Shown piece after piece: positions 13,901 through 39,022 of a stretch of DNA of 64,000 bases. Position numbers and translations under genes: made by a program. Each line of letters opens with the position of its first letter. The stretch's first letter is position 1. The DNA comes from Chrysomallon squamiferum (Eukaryota > Animalia > Mollusca): the NCBI GenBank assembly GCA_012295275.1, contig CM022665.1, positions 34,658,001 to 34,722,000 on the forward strand, written 5' to 3'. The notes under the pieces were generated by a model. It made no database searches. It was not told the DNA's origin and worked only from the letters and a program-made list of their open reading frames with translations.

Positions 13901-16900
13901 ATAATAAAAACTATAAAAAAAACTATTATTTCCTACTATAAAATTCACACTTCTAACAAATATTTACAAACTTGTATTTGCTGCCAGTTCTGAGATGAGG
14001 CTCAGCTTTGCATCTGTAAAGTGTAGGATCTCTCAGACATCCATTATCTGACTTCATGTCCAATTTTGCACGTACACAACAAGTCTGACCATACTCTGTA
14101 CCTTCTTTCATAGCATTCCACATTTCAAAATTCTTTTCCACACCTTGAGAATAAAAATGTATTCTGTATGACACCTTGGATAAAACATTCACTAGCTACA
14201 CTATCTGGATAATAAAAAAATGTACTTGCTCTAGAACCAAAATAAAATATAAAGCTGTGATAAAATATTCATTTACTATATAAACTGGATAAAAGATTCA
14301 CCCATTATACAGTCTGGTTAAAAGATTCACTTACTGTTGTTCCTGTTTTTCGAGTCCTTTCTTTCATCTCTTTCTTTTTTCATTGTTTCAGCATCTGTAT
14401 CATCAACATAAGCCTTTCCATCTCGTATGAGTTTTTCACAATACTCCATCAGCTTGTCAAAGTGGTCAGAAGTGTGTGAGAAAGTGTCATATTTGATTCC
14501 CAACATGGCCACATCATCTAAAATGACCTGCTCAAATTCTGCAATTTCCTTGGCTGGATTAGTGTCATCAAATCTCAAGATGAGTTTTCCACTGAATGAT
14601 TGCTGATAGTACTGATTGAGAAGAGCAGCTTTGGCATGACCCACATGCAAATAGCTGTTTGTAAATGAACAAAAATAAAGCATGTGAAAAATAATTTTAT
14701 AACAAGTCATTAAATATTTTCTGTAGTGAATTGATAATTTATGTTTAACTCAACAATTCAAATGAAAACATTTGCTACTGCAACACATTTTAAGTATATT
14801 TATTCTTTGATTTCTGCACAACTGCAATTGTATTTCAGTCTGATTAAGGTTTATTTAGTTTAGTGTTCTTAATAATGAAATGGACAGATTGAATCACAGA
14901 ATGGAATTAAGGGAAGATGCTCTGGTGAAATCTTTTTTTTTTTAATTTTTTTTTTATTTTATGATATTTCACCAAGATTTTATCACTTTGTCAAATGTAA
15001 ATTAGAAATGAGATACAAAAATTCAGAAAAAATTATTGAACTCCCACAATATCCAGACTGGGTTGATTTCATTGGTGTCAGCTCAAAATCATGATATAGT
15101 AAGACAAATGCGCTCACACTTTGCAGGTAAATAGTTAAAATGCATATGTTAAAACAAGATGATGTTTCTATTTAGGTTTTTTGGTCAATTTTGTAAGTGA
15201 TTCTAACAAAATTGTAATCAAAAATAACATTTTGTATTTAAAAAAAAAAATTCTGGCAAACAGTTCATGCAAATGACAGAGTAGATTATTTCAAAGAAAA
15301 ACAAAGTTGTTCCATTATGCAACATGAAAGCAGAGCATTCTACCTATATGCAGCATGTCAACAAAGGTTCAAAATGGCAGAAGATATATGGATATAAACA
15401 AGTGCAATTTTTCTATAATTTTCCATCACTGAACTTAAACAAAGGAAAAATAAAATTACAGGTGTGTTGCAAATAACAATACATAATGAATCTGACAAAA
15501 ATTGGAAATTTGTGAAAAAGTTGGTGGGATGTTTCTTCATATTTTTAGTGATATTCACCAGCATGTCTCTCCTTAATTAAAATCATAACTTCCATAATTA
15601 AGTATATGTTCAAGTATTATTGCAAACTATTACCCGCTGGCTTCTGGCGGAAACCTGACAACAACTTTTCCCATCTCAGCTCCAGGTAGCTCAACAAATT
15701 TTCCTTCATCCTTTTTAATCTGTGATAAAAACAAATCAAAAAATATATATCACTAATGATCTTAAAATGTTTTGAATGATATAGCTAATTTCATCTTTTA
15801 AAATAGTTTAAATACTTGAACATTTAAAAAACACAAACGATTACAAAACTAATTTCTCATCTAAAATCTTTGAACACTGAATTAAAAATATTTAATGTTG
15901 ATTTTTTGTTTTAAATATACAGTCAAAACAAGAAAATTATCTGCCATAATATATAATTTAGTGATGATACAAAAAGAAGATACAAACAGTTGATTCAGAT
16001 TTCTTCTCACTGCTGGCAGTTGCTGCAGGTATGACATTAATTATGCTTTTAAAGGTTTCTTGGGATGATAAATATTTGTAATAGCGTAGAACATTCAGAG
16101 GAGCTGTTTCCTGCAACAGCATATTTTGCCAGGAACTGTTTACTACAAAAGAAAACCACTTAATATGAAATTCTGTGATAAATCTATTACTGAAAAATAA
16201 ATATATATAATTTTGAATAATGGATTTAAATAAGTGAATGGCATAGTACAAGCTTTGTTTTTTTTTAGAAAGAAAAACCTCAAGTGGATAACATTCAAGA
16301 AATATTTTCTGGTTTTATATATTAATCAATTTTGATGTTTACTTGTACAAAAGAATAAATAAAACATTAAATACCATAGAGTACTTCCCATACAGCAAAG
16401 TCTGCCAAAGTTATGTTATGTCCAACAAGATAGGTAACTGGTGCCAATACTTTGTCAAGATACTGGACAGCTTCAGAAAACTCAGATTTACATGACAACT
16501 GCCCAGAACCAAAGTTCATCCAATGATCAACCTGAAAATAATAATAATTGAAAAAATAAAAGAAATTAGAAATAAAACATTTTAAAACTGAATTTGTTAA
16601 TACTAGATTTAAAACAGACATTGAATATATATGTTCTAATTAATGTATGTCAATCATATTATGAAATCAATGGGTTTTTTAAATTACCTCAGTCTTCTCA
16701 AGAATTGATTTACCCTGCAGTGCAATATCAGGATGAGCACGAGCTAGATAACGGCAGATAGATGCCCCACAAGTGAAAGAAACATCTCTGAAAAATAAAT
16801 CAATGAAATTTTTTGACACCTTTCTTTATTAATTAATTTTACATTTATGTGTAACCTCTACCTTTACATATGCAAAATAAAAAGATTCAAAGATAAAGGT

Positions 16901-17693
16901 AATTAAATTAAAAGTTTCTACAAATCAATTAAAGAAAAATATACAGAATATCAGAAGACAATTTTCATTAAAAAAAAAATAGAATCAGATTTTCATTGGA
17001 CTCAAAATTGTCCATCTTATTTAATTACTGACAATACCAAAGAAAGTTTTAACTTACTGGTTAACAACCAATTCATTGCTCCCTCCTAACTCCCATGAAA
17101 CAGCCTTCTGCTTGGATTTCAGATATTCAGCAGTTAGTAAAGCACCTCAAAAACAAAAATTTAAAAAACCTATGGGTTTTTTGGTGGGGGATTAACATGA
17201 TATACAGATTAGTAGTGTTTTTGTTTTATTTCATAAGAAGATTTAAAAAGAAAGAAAGAAAAAAAGATACATTAACCATTAATATCATAATGTGTCAAAT
17301 CCCTCAGTAGTCTCTTCAACAGCTAATTTTATCAAATAGCATAAAGGACATTTAGAAAATCACATTCATTTATCGACCTAGCTGACCGACACTAGTGACA
17401 AAAATTTGAGGTGGACATCCCACCATAACCATCTTTAATAAATCAGTCCTTGGCACAAAATGGAAAATGAAACTAATGGAGCCTGCGCATTATCAAATAT
17501 ATTAAATCACCATTAAAATTATTATTTATCATGGTCTTATTATTACTATTACTAGAAATAAAGGATGATTTTCATTAGAATCTTAAATAATTAGATCCAT
17601 AAATTAATATATTCAAAGTGCCGAGTTTCAAACTGTTTCCATATTGTTCTTACCAACAGCTGGTTTTTCTTTATTTATCTCCACTTTCAACAT
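4790..17693 (-). CDS. EPRS: Bifunctional glutamyl-prolyl-tRNA synthetase, 5' portion (20 exons; continues beyond left edge)
   Basis: GT-AG exons, phase-consistent apart from one ambiguous junction (exon 18-19), give a GST-like N-terminus, [14 protein letters not shown] (HIGH motif), [17 protein letters not shown] (KMSKS motif), [22 protein letters not shown] and WHEP repeats. Confidence 0.97.
5519..5672 (-). CDS. EPRS: EPRS exon 19 (linker and first half of WHEP repeat 1; acceptor ambiguous: 5672, 5668 or 5665)
   Basis: [11 protein letters not shown]...[28 protein letters not shown] donor. Confidence 0.88.
6037..8105 (-). mobile_element. TIR DNA transposon remnant (GGG...CCC termini, 4-bp TAAA TSD; Sola2-like)
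   Basis: Imperfect TIRs of about 140 bp starting GGGTCATTCT(A/G)TGTCAAATCAC; TAAA at 6033-6036 and 8106-8109; frameshifted internal [43 protein letters not shown] at about 7040-7430. Superfamily assignment is tentative. Confidence 0.8.
8119..8230 (-). CDS. EPRS: EPRS exon 18 ([28 protein letters not shown]...AKE)
   Basis: IPDGH..EMPT end of GluRS domain; phase 2 to 0. Confidence 0.93.
8455..8567 (-). CDS. EPRS: EPRS exon 17 ([38 protein letters not shown])
   Basis: Conserved GluRS C-terminal motif; GTTTGT donor; phase 0 to 2. Confidence 0.95.
10259..10411 (-). CDS. EPRS: EPRS exon 16 ([12 protein letters not shown]...[14 protein letters not shown])
   Basis: 153 nt, phase 0 to 0. Confidence 0.95.
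10535..10589 (-). CDS. EPRS: EPRS exon 15 ([18 protein letters not shown])
   Basis: 55 nt, phase 2 to 0. Confidence 0.92.
10909..11045 (-). CDS. EPRS: EPRS exon 14 ([12 protein letters not shown]...VTFINWGN)
   Basis: 137 nt, phase 0 to 2. Confidence 0.95.
11466..11576 (-). CDS. EPRS: EPRS exon 13 ([12 protein letters not shown]...PKHPK)
   Basis: 111 nt, phase 0 to 0; anticodon-binding domain. Confidence 0.95.
11977..12036 (-). CDS. EPRS: EPRS exon 12 ([20 protein letters not shown])
   Basis: 60 nt, phase 0 to 0, conserved EWDKIW. Confidence 0.95.
12408..12492 (-). CDS. EPRS: EPRS exon 11 ([28 protein letters not shown])
   Basis: Conserved motif; phase 2 to 0. Confidence 0.96.
12908..13016 (-). 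CDS. EPRS: EPRS exon 10 ([36 protein letters not shown])
   Basis: KMSKS-equivalent motif; phase 1 to 2. Confidence 0.96.
13447..13571 (-). CDS. EPRS: EPRS exon 9 ([31 protein letters not shown])
   Basis: Conserved GluRS/GlnRS motif; phase 2 to 1. Confidence 0.97.
13972..14143 (-). CDS. EPRS: EPRS exon 8 (VEKNFEMW...[12 protein letters not shown]...KYK)
   Basis: Conserved GluRS segment; GTTTGT donor; phase 1 to 2. Confidence 0.95.
14335..14654 (-). CDS. EPRS: EPRS exon 7 ([16 protein letters not shown]...RFDDTNP...KNRNN)
   Basis: Class I HIGH motif; 320 nt, phase 2 to 1. Confidence 0.97.
15634..15719 (-). CDS. EPRS: EPRS exon 6 ([29 protein letters not shown])
   Basis: Characteristic eukaryotic GluRS N-terminal motif; phase 0 to 2. 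Confidence 0.96.
15988..16142 (-). CDS. EPRS: EPRS exon 5 (NSSWQNMLL...NVLRYY...SEKKSEST)
   Basis: tag acceptor, GTTTGT donor; 155 nt, phase 1 to 0. Confidence 0.85.
16375..16531 (-). CDS. EPRS: EPRS exon 4 (VDHWMNF...[16 protein letters not shown])
   Basis: GST C-terminal-like YLVGxxxTLAD motif; 157 nt, phase 0 to 1. Confidence 0.93.
16688..16787 (-). CDS. EPRS: EPRS exon 3 ([19 protein letters not shown]...EKTE)
   Basis: GST-like SICRYLAR motif; cag/GTAATT; 100 nt, phase 2 to 0. Confidence 0.92.
17058..17145 (-). CDS. EPRS: EPRS exon 2 ([29 protein letters not shown])
   Basis: ttttgag acceptor, GTAAGT donor, 88 nt, phase 1 to 2. Confidence 0.85.
17654..17693 (-). CDS. EPRS: EPRS exon 1 ([14 protein letters not shown])
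   Basis: ccaacaATG start context; G|GTAAGA donor; phase 1 matches exon 2. Confidence 0.85.
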
Positions 17694-18937
17694 TGTTGGT
17701 TATTTCAACAAACTACTGAACTTCACTAGGCGCAGACTAATACTAAAACGAAATGGCAGATGACGAAACCGGACGGAAAGAACGGTTTCAAAAAAAAAAA
17801 AAAAAACGCTTCCAAGTGTACGATTAATCGAGACTAGATTGCACGGTCTCTTTTTTTATCTTCTTCTTTTTTTTCTTTTTTTCCGGAGTGGCTATTTGGC
17901 CGAATATTGATATTTTGTATTAACTATTATTTCATAAATGGCAAAAAGAAATAATAATGTAAAGTTTTGAAGTATATTTATGAATGTTTGATTATCGTTA
18001 TTAAATTAGTAAATACAACCTTTGCTTTTATTATTAAGAATATATTAAAAACAATTTATAAGCGGTTTAACAAATGGTATTTAAAATTAGGTGGCTGGGA
18101 AATTACCCTAATTTCTTCAAACAATACCTAAATCATTTAGAATATGTTACTGATATTACCTTTCAACATTATCTTTACTAACAAATGAAACAATTCACTT
18201 TTATATAAGGAAGTTACAGAATGGATTGACACAATAAAACTGTATTCATTGTGGGGGGTTGGTGGGGGGTTTCTCTCACAAACACACACATAATTGCATA
18301 CACCTCATGTAAGGGTTATTTGGGTCGACAATTAAAAGTTTATATTATTTATACCAGGCCAATCTAAATAATCCCTCCCCCAAAAAAAAAAAAAACACAA
18401 AAAAAAAACACCCCACAAAACTATCTGTTTTATTTGGGACTTAATTTGATTATACACGAGAATTATGTGAACATGCTGATAATATTACAAATGTAATCCG
18501 GCTTATCAGTGAATAATGTTTGTAATGACATATTAAATGGTTCACGAAACTGTCACTGAAACACGATTGGATATAATGGTACTTTTACTTTATTACTGGG
18601 AAGATAAAAGCTAGAATGCGAATTGTTTATGTTTTTGCTCATTTCTCCAACCACAAGCACTACTAATATTTAAGATACTTATTATTTGCTACAACTTAAT
18701 CAAAAGAAAGTTGATAAAACTCTTTGTGTCATTTCATGCATTGATGCAGAATAACTTCGAATTATTCAAATAAAATTAGATGTCTGTGGATTAAACTGTA
18801 ACCTTGACAAAATAATTTATTACACATTCCAAGCAAACAAAAATAAATAAATTAATTAATTAATAACTGTGACAAAGCAGGTAAACTATTGTCTACACCT
18901 GTATTGGATTATTTCCCTCTAATGGCACATTATTATT

Positions 18938-19004
<67 letters not shown>

Positions 19005-19996
19005 TTCTTGGTACCCGATCAAATAGCTACGTTCATTTTTATTTTGTTTATTTTGTGTTGCACTTATTGCCATCACCCATGGCCCTGAAGTCAGGTTATT
19101 TGAAATAATTATTAAAAATATATTTATAGCAAACGTGTTATCATTATTACAACATTTAAAAAAAAAAAAAAAAGAAAGAAAGAAAGAAAAAGGATAAGTA
19201 CTAATCATTTTAATCATTAACGTCTATCTTTGTATGGGGATAGTAGTCCTCTCTTTCTTGCACGTGCTCTGGGTACTCCAGGTATGTCCCTGTGCCAGGC
19301 ATCACTATCAAATGATACAATAAAGCCTTTGACCTGTCTTCCTGGTAAAAAATCTAAAAATTTCATTCTGGATTCTTTTTTCTTTTCTTTTCTCCCCATC
19401 TCATACAAACAAAAGAAAGAAAAAAAAGAAAGAAAAGATGAAGAAGAAGCATTTACGATATTTATTTGAAACCTATATAACCACTGGGCTGTACAAAAGA
19501 ATATGTTAAAAACTGATAAATAATAATTAAGTCAAATTTTATGGAAGTCCACGTATTATTAATTCAAATTTTTCATAAGGCATCGGGCGCTACATTCATT
19601 TCATACACCATTTTTTTAAATATACTCGTTTTCACACAACTGCATCCGTCGCTATTGTTCGAACTCGGTACGTACTGGATGACTCTAAACTCATTGTTAT
19701 CATGTTTGCCACTGAACTAAAATAAATAAAGATTAGCCAATACGGAAATGACGTAGTGTGCCCTGGTTTTAAAGTCATAAATTGTTATCATGAAGCAGGC
19801 AATGCATTTTACTTCATTTTTAGATCCTAGTCATGTGCAATATTTTCTACACAGAGTAATTTCGTTCCCCCAAAATACGACATTTGTTTTAAGCGCCGGG
19901 AAATTATTAACATAGCCCGGTTAAACAGATGTCCAGAGAGACTAAATCGAGCTCCAAGGACGAAATCGTGTTTATATACATGGATTTCAAAATAGA
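17694..19996. promoter_or_regulatory. Divergent EPRS/EGLN1 intergenic promoter region
   Basis: Lies between two divergent ATGs and retains CpG; CCAAT 19737-19741, CGGAAATGACGT 19743-19754, HRE-like CACGTG 19261-19266 and CACGTA 19550-19555. Confidence 0.7.
18941..19001. repeat. (CT)n microsatellite in the divergent promoter
   Basis: About 30 CT units. Confidence 0.95.
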
Positions 19997-33232
<13,236 letters not shown>

Positions 33233-36200
33233 TCATTTGTAGACCAACATGAGCACATGGAGTACCTACAAATTGCAGGGTCCTAAATTTTGTGGATTAT
33301 TCAGACCTTACAATTCAGATTTTATGGTTTGACTTTTTCAGTTATTATTATTTGGTCTCAATTCAAATAATGAAATACATATATTTATATATATATATGA
33401 ATATGTTCAGTTTAGTCATTGACAGAGCATAGAAAAATAAGAACCAGTGAAAAAAAAGTATTTTTAAGGCTTCTTTTTTCTTCTTCTTCTTTTAAAAAAA
33501 TAAAAAATAAAAAATAAAATGTAGAAAAGAAAGACATTTGACAGTAGAAATTTGAGTAAACATTTGACCTTCGTCCAACTTCATAAATATCATTTCACTG
33601 AACTTGAAGTGATAGTTTTGTTGGTCTACAACAACAATAAATTTATACATATCAGCTACAGGCAGAATTTCATCACCATTAGTGTGATTTGTTCTGGAAT
33701 TTTTTATTTAACATCTGAATTTTAAGAGAGTGCACTGTATTGTTCTTTTGAGTTGATTTATTTTGTGGATTTGTTTTATAATACAGTAAAAGATAATTCA
33801 TTGTATCATATATTGTAAAGAATAAAATAGTGAAAAGTTCTTAAAACGACGCTGGCTAATGAATTTGCAGATAAATAAGATTAATCTTACGTAAATGGAA
33901 CAGATATTTTCGATCAGGTACCCTGTAAGAGCCCTACCTTTGCTTACAAACATGATTATGGGAATTCCTGGCAATTAAGGCTTAATCGAGCAGTTTAAAT
34001 ATGCTCACAAATCAGCTTTAACATTCCATAAATTTTACACAAAAAAAAAGAAGTAAACATACTCTTTTTATTATGAACTGGTCATAGAATAAACAATGGC
34101 TAGTTTTAAAAATTAGATCAAAATTATTCTTTTTATTGTTGCTTTTGAAATAGTTTTATTGAACTTGGACACAGCTGTTTATTTTTTTCTCTGTGTTTAA
34201 TCCATTTTGTTAATATAAATCCTTCCAGATAAATCAGAATACTTCTGAAAAGATGTAATTCAAAATTTGGTCTTATGTCAAAAAAAGAAAGAAATTAATA
34301 TATATATATAAAGAAATAAAGTGTTATTAATGCAAAATTTAAAATAGATTTTAGCATAAGCTGGCATTATTTAATTCTGGTATGTCATTCATGACAGATC
34401 CAGATACAATTTTTTATTTAACTGATTCTTCAGATCTGTATTGCTATTATTCTTATTTCATTCTTTTTCTTATTTTTATTTATTATTTATTTAAAAAAAA
34501 AATTTTTTTTTTTTTTTTGTCTGTTTGATGTACCTACAATTTATTTTATTTTGCATAGTTGTTTTTTGTTCTTGGTTTTTTTTTTTTTTTTTATTGGGTT
34601 TTTTCACAGTCAAAGTAACATAAATAGTGTTTGATGTTTAAATAATGTATTTAAAATATCAGAATTTATATAATGCTAAAGTGAAATATTATTTTTAAAT
34701 TCTTTGGATAGTTTTGTAAACATTCTTTTGTATTATAATTTTTATGAACTTCAATATGTGATTAAAGGCACAGACATTTTGTTTAGCATGATGTTTTTCT
34801 TCCCAATTAATAGAATATTGTTATTTTATTTCAATGAAAAAAAAAATTGGAAATATATAATAATGTTTATTTTTTTTTTAATGATTTTGTTTGGTGTTGA
34901 ATAGTTCTGATAGAAATTGGTCGTGTTTGTTTTCAGAATATAAAAAAAAAAATTTCCTTTAAAAAGATACATTCCTTCAGATTTGTTTATAAAATTTATA
35001 TTATCTAAAGTTTGCATGTTAAGAATTATTGATCAGATTAGTAGATAGCTTAGGAATTTTCATTTTGTTAGTTTTTATTCTTTTCTCCTTCTTCCCCCCC
35101 ATAATGAAACATCAAAAAGGTTTTCCTTAATTCAGAAAAGTATGGAATGTAATGATATGAGGGGAAATAATACTTCTTTCATCATTCCATCAGATCTGAC
35201 AAACTATTAATTCAATAGAAAGCTGAGATCAGAATTAAATATTTGTTTCTTCAAGAAAAGATGAAGTGTTTTAAATTTTTTAGAGCTTTTTAATACCATT
35301 ATTTGTTTTTGATTATTTTATTCCATGTTTTATACATGACTGAGGAATACATATGTGCGTAATATCAAATAATAATAATAATATTAAAGTTTTGTAAACA
35401 AAAAATACGGATATCAAAACTCAGTATTTTATTCAAATATCACAGAGATATGAACTACTTAAAACATTAAAACTTTAAAGAAATGCAAGGTAATTCTTGT
35501 TAAAGATATTGAGAAATCATAGAATAAAGAAAATTTATATGTACTTGAAAATCAGATAAATATTTCATTTGTAAAAATGAGTTTTTTCATAAACTTGTAT
35601 GATTAAATTGTCTTGTTTTCATTATTAAATATTATGATACTGCTGTTTATAGCAAGAAGTGCTGGCAGTATCCCTGCCAGTTACACATTTGTCTTCGAAG
35701 ACCATATGAATTTCTTTGTTTTTAGTAAAATTATTGATTTTGCTTTGTGAATAGTCTTATCTATGTATTCACTAAAGGGATGGAATGTTTCATTCACTTA
35801 CTGTTATACTATATTGTCATGCAGACTAAAACATTATATGTGAGGAGTTACATAATTCAGTCAGTTTAATGAAAAAAGTTTACTGTTCTGTCAAATGAAT
35901 TATGTGTATCACAAAATTTAGTGTGCAAAATTTTCTGATTCAGTGTTACAGGTTTATGCTGTAATGATGAATATTTTAGGAATTCTTTAATTTGTTCTAT
36001 TTGTTTTGTGTAGAAAACTATCTCTGGCAAGAAATCATCTATTGATGAAATCATAATCATAAAATTATTTATATATTTTTTTTTTTTTTTTTATGCTTAA
36101 TATTTAGTCAGGAATTGTTATCATTTATTTAATAATAACATGAATCTTAGTTATAAGTATCTAAAGTTTTTATTCTCCAATATTTGATTCATTCTTGTCT

Positions 36201-37723
36201 GTTTTATTCAGATAAGAAATATTTAATATCAAAGCAAATTATTAATTGCTATTTTAATATTATTACATGTTGATGCTTGTAGCATTACTGAATTTATCTT
36301 TTTTGATATCATTTTCAAATAGAATTTGGTTAAATATTTTTGTTAGTTTAGATAAAGGAACTTTAATAATGTTCCCAAATGTAAATTTATTTGATTTCCA
36401 TATTTCTTAATTTGTATGTATGGTAATAATCTGAAATGTGTATCTTAGCATTTTGCATTCCATATTTATTTTAAATTTGTAAAAAATAGAAAACAGAAAA
36501 AAACACAAAAAAAAACAACATTAAAAAAACAACCAAAAAACACACACACAAAAAAAACATGAATTTAAGCTGAAGTTGCATGCTTCCTGCTTTGCCAGGT
36601 ACTTGGTTTATTCATCACCTTTACATCTGTTCCAGATAAAAGTTTTCATGTCATTTAGTCTGGTCTTGTATATTTCAGCGATAACAGAAATTTAAAAATT
36701 GAGAATTGTTACACAATCTCTTCCATACCTACTGGTGGATATTTTGTTTTTGTTTTTCAACAGTACCCCAAAAGGAGTTGTTTTTAATGCAAAATTGTTT
36801 TATTCTATTTCTGATGATATATTTCATTTATTTTTATTTTTATTTTTTATTTTTATTTTTGTTTTGTTTTATTATTATTATTATTATAAAGAAGCATCTT
36901 TCATTTTTAGTATTTTGTTATTTATTTATTTTTTTATTTTTTTTTTTTAAAGAATAATACAAAATCATGAAATTGATCACAGAATTTGGCTAATGTAATT
37001 CATAGCAATTGAATGAATCATGTAATTTATGATAAGTGTTCAAATTATTTTGAACTTGTGATATGGATTGCCTGATGAGTGATTGTTATCAAGTTGCTTC
37101 CATTTGTTTTCTTATGATTGCCTGATTGACACTTTCTTTGGATGGTAATGTGAATGTATGTTAATGTATCATACAGCTGTGATCACACGTGTAATTGAAT
37201 AAATTTATCAAATTGCAAAACTGTATTTGTTTTTACTGTGTGTAGGAATGTATTGACAGTTTTTGCTAGTTGCAATGGGAGTAACATAGAATCAATTTTA
37301 ATCTTGTATCTGAGTAGTGGTGAGTTCATAAGTTCATAAAATGTTTTCCTAAAACAGCTGTTGTTACCAGCTGGCATGTTTCAAAGCATATTATTCTGTT
37401 GTATTTTACCACATAATAATAATTGTTACTTATATGTTAAATTCATTTATGTTATGTTGTTATGTTACATTACGTTATCTTACGCTATATATTTATTCAC
37501 TTATTTTAATTGTTTGTTGTTTTTTCAAATCCCACATAATTTCATTATGGTTAACTGAAGGTAAAAGTTGGGTATAGATAAAATGTGCTTCAGATATCAT
37601 TTGTTGGAGTAAATTATTTGTTTTGTTACCGGTACCGACTCGTTACGATCCGATATGCTGGACACTCCCTTGTCTCCTGCAATCATGGCGAGAACCCATT
37701 CTTTTCCCTACCCAAAACTCTTT

Positions 37724-37773
37724 TCTGCGACGGACACGCCCGCTGACTTGTCAGAAAGCGTGCCCGTCGCAGA
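37724..37773 (-). other. GC-rich 50-nt inverted repeat / hairpin
   Basis: TCTGCGACGGACACGC-CCG-CTGAC-TT-GTCAG-AAA-GCGTGCCCGTCGCAGA. Confidence 0.75.
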
Positions 37774-37918
37774 CGTGCTTCACAACAGCTTGCTCTGATT
37801 AGCACGTTAATTTTTTTCCATATTTGTTTTGTGAAGGTGTAACCAAATCTGGGTAGGCTCTAGATAATAAGACTTCACTGTATTTAAATTCTTATTCCAT
37901 GTAAATGAAAAAAAATTA

Positions 37919-37956
<38 letters not shown>

Positions 37957-38769
37957 AAACTACATATTTCTAAGTTTTATTTCACTCTAAACTGACTGGC
38001 GTTTCAAAAGTCAGATTAACATTCTTCTCCAAGTTGAAAATGTACATTAACTATAGCTCTAACTGATAGCCCATGATCATGATACAGCAGCAGGCTTCTC
38101 TGAAAAAAAATGGGAAAAGCACTGACACCTTATAACTATTAAAAAGAATGATTAATTTGTCTCTCTTATGCCCACATTAGTCGCTCAAAAAATAACGAGA
38201 GACGGAATTAATTTTCAGTAAAAAAGCAGCTGATTTCATTCCATGGAAGAGCTGTTAAAAATAGTCCACGTTGTGGTTGTTGCTTTGGGTTTGTATTTTT
38301 GTATTTTTTTGTGATATTAATTTGTGAATAAAAACGGTGTAAGAATTGTTTGTGATACGAATATTAATTAAATATTTTACATAAATTTCTACTGTTCCCG
38401 CGAAACGGAACATCCTGTGACGCAAAGGTGCGTACTTACATGTACTTTCATGTACCTACATGAATTCATGATTTTCATCGGTGAAACAAATTACATTTCT
38501 AATCGCTATGTTATTTATTTACATCTTTATATGAATTTTATATATCGCTGACTATATTTGTAGGTATATTGTGACAGCCGTAAAACAATTATTCTGTAAT
38601 TAAATTTACGTTCAGCAAAGAAACAATTATTTTTATAGCTTGCCTAAAAAAAAAAAAAAAAAAGAAACAATAAAACAACAAGCATTTTTATTGTTTATTT
38701 ATTATTATTGTTTTTTTTTTTTTTTTTTTTTTTCATGTTTTCGAGATTGTTGATGAATGTGTAATTTAA

Positions 38770-38812
<43 letters not shown>

Positions 38813-38987
38813 CTGTTAAACTATAGTTTTTCTAACAAGTCTTTCCAAATATGTTTTTTAAATATTGTACCGTTTATATTAGAAAACTATATGTGTTGAC
38901 TGATTATATTATGTATTATAATCAATAATGATCAAAGCTGTAGAAAGTATTTAAAATCAAAGATAAATAATGAAAAATAATAATAAC

Positions 38988-39022
<35 letters not shown>

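Noticed and set aside
8449-15987. Three EPRS introns with GTTTGT donors
   Set aside because: Canonical GT; this variant is unremarkable in AT-rich invertebrate genomes
35661-35681. Small hairpin CTGGCAG-TATCC-CTGCCAG as an iron-responsive element
   Set aside because: Lacks the CAGUGN loop and C-bulge geometry of an IRE
37620-37810. miR-210, SECIS, or spliceosomal snRNA identity for the hairpin region
   Set aside because: No match to the miR-210 mature sequence, no SECIS core quartet and no recognisable snRNA motifs
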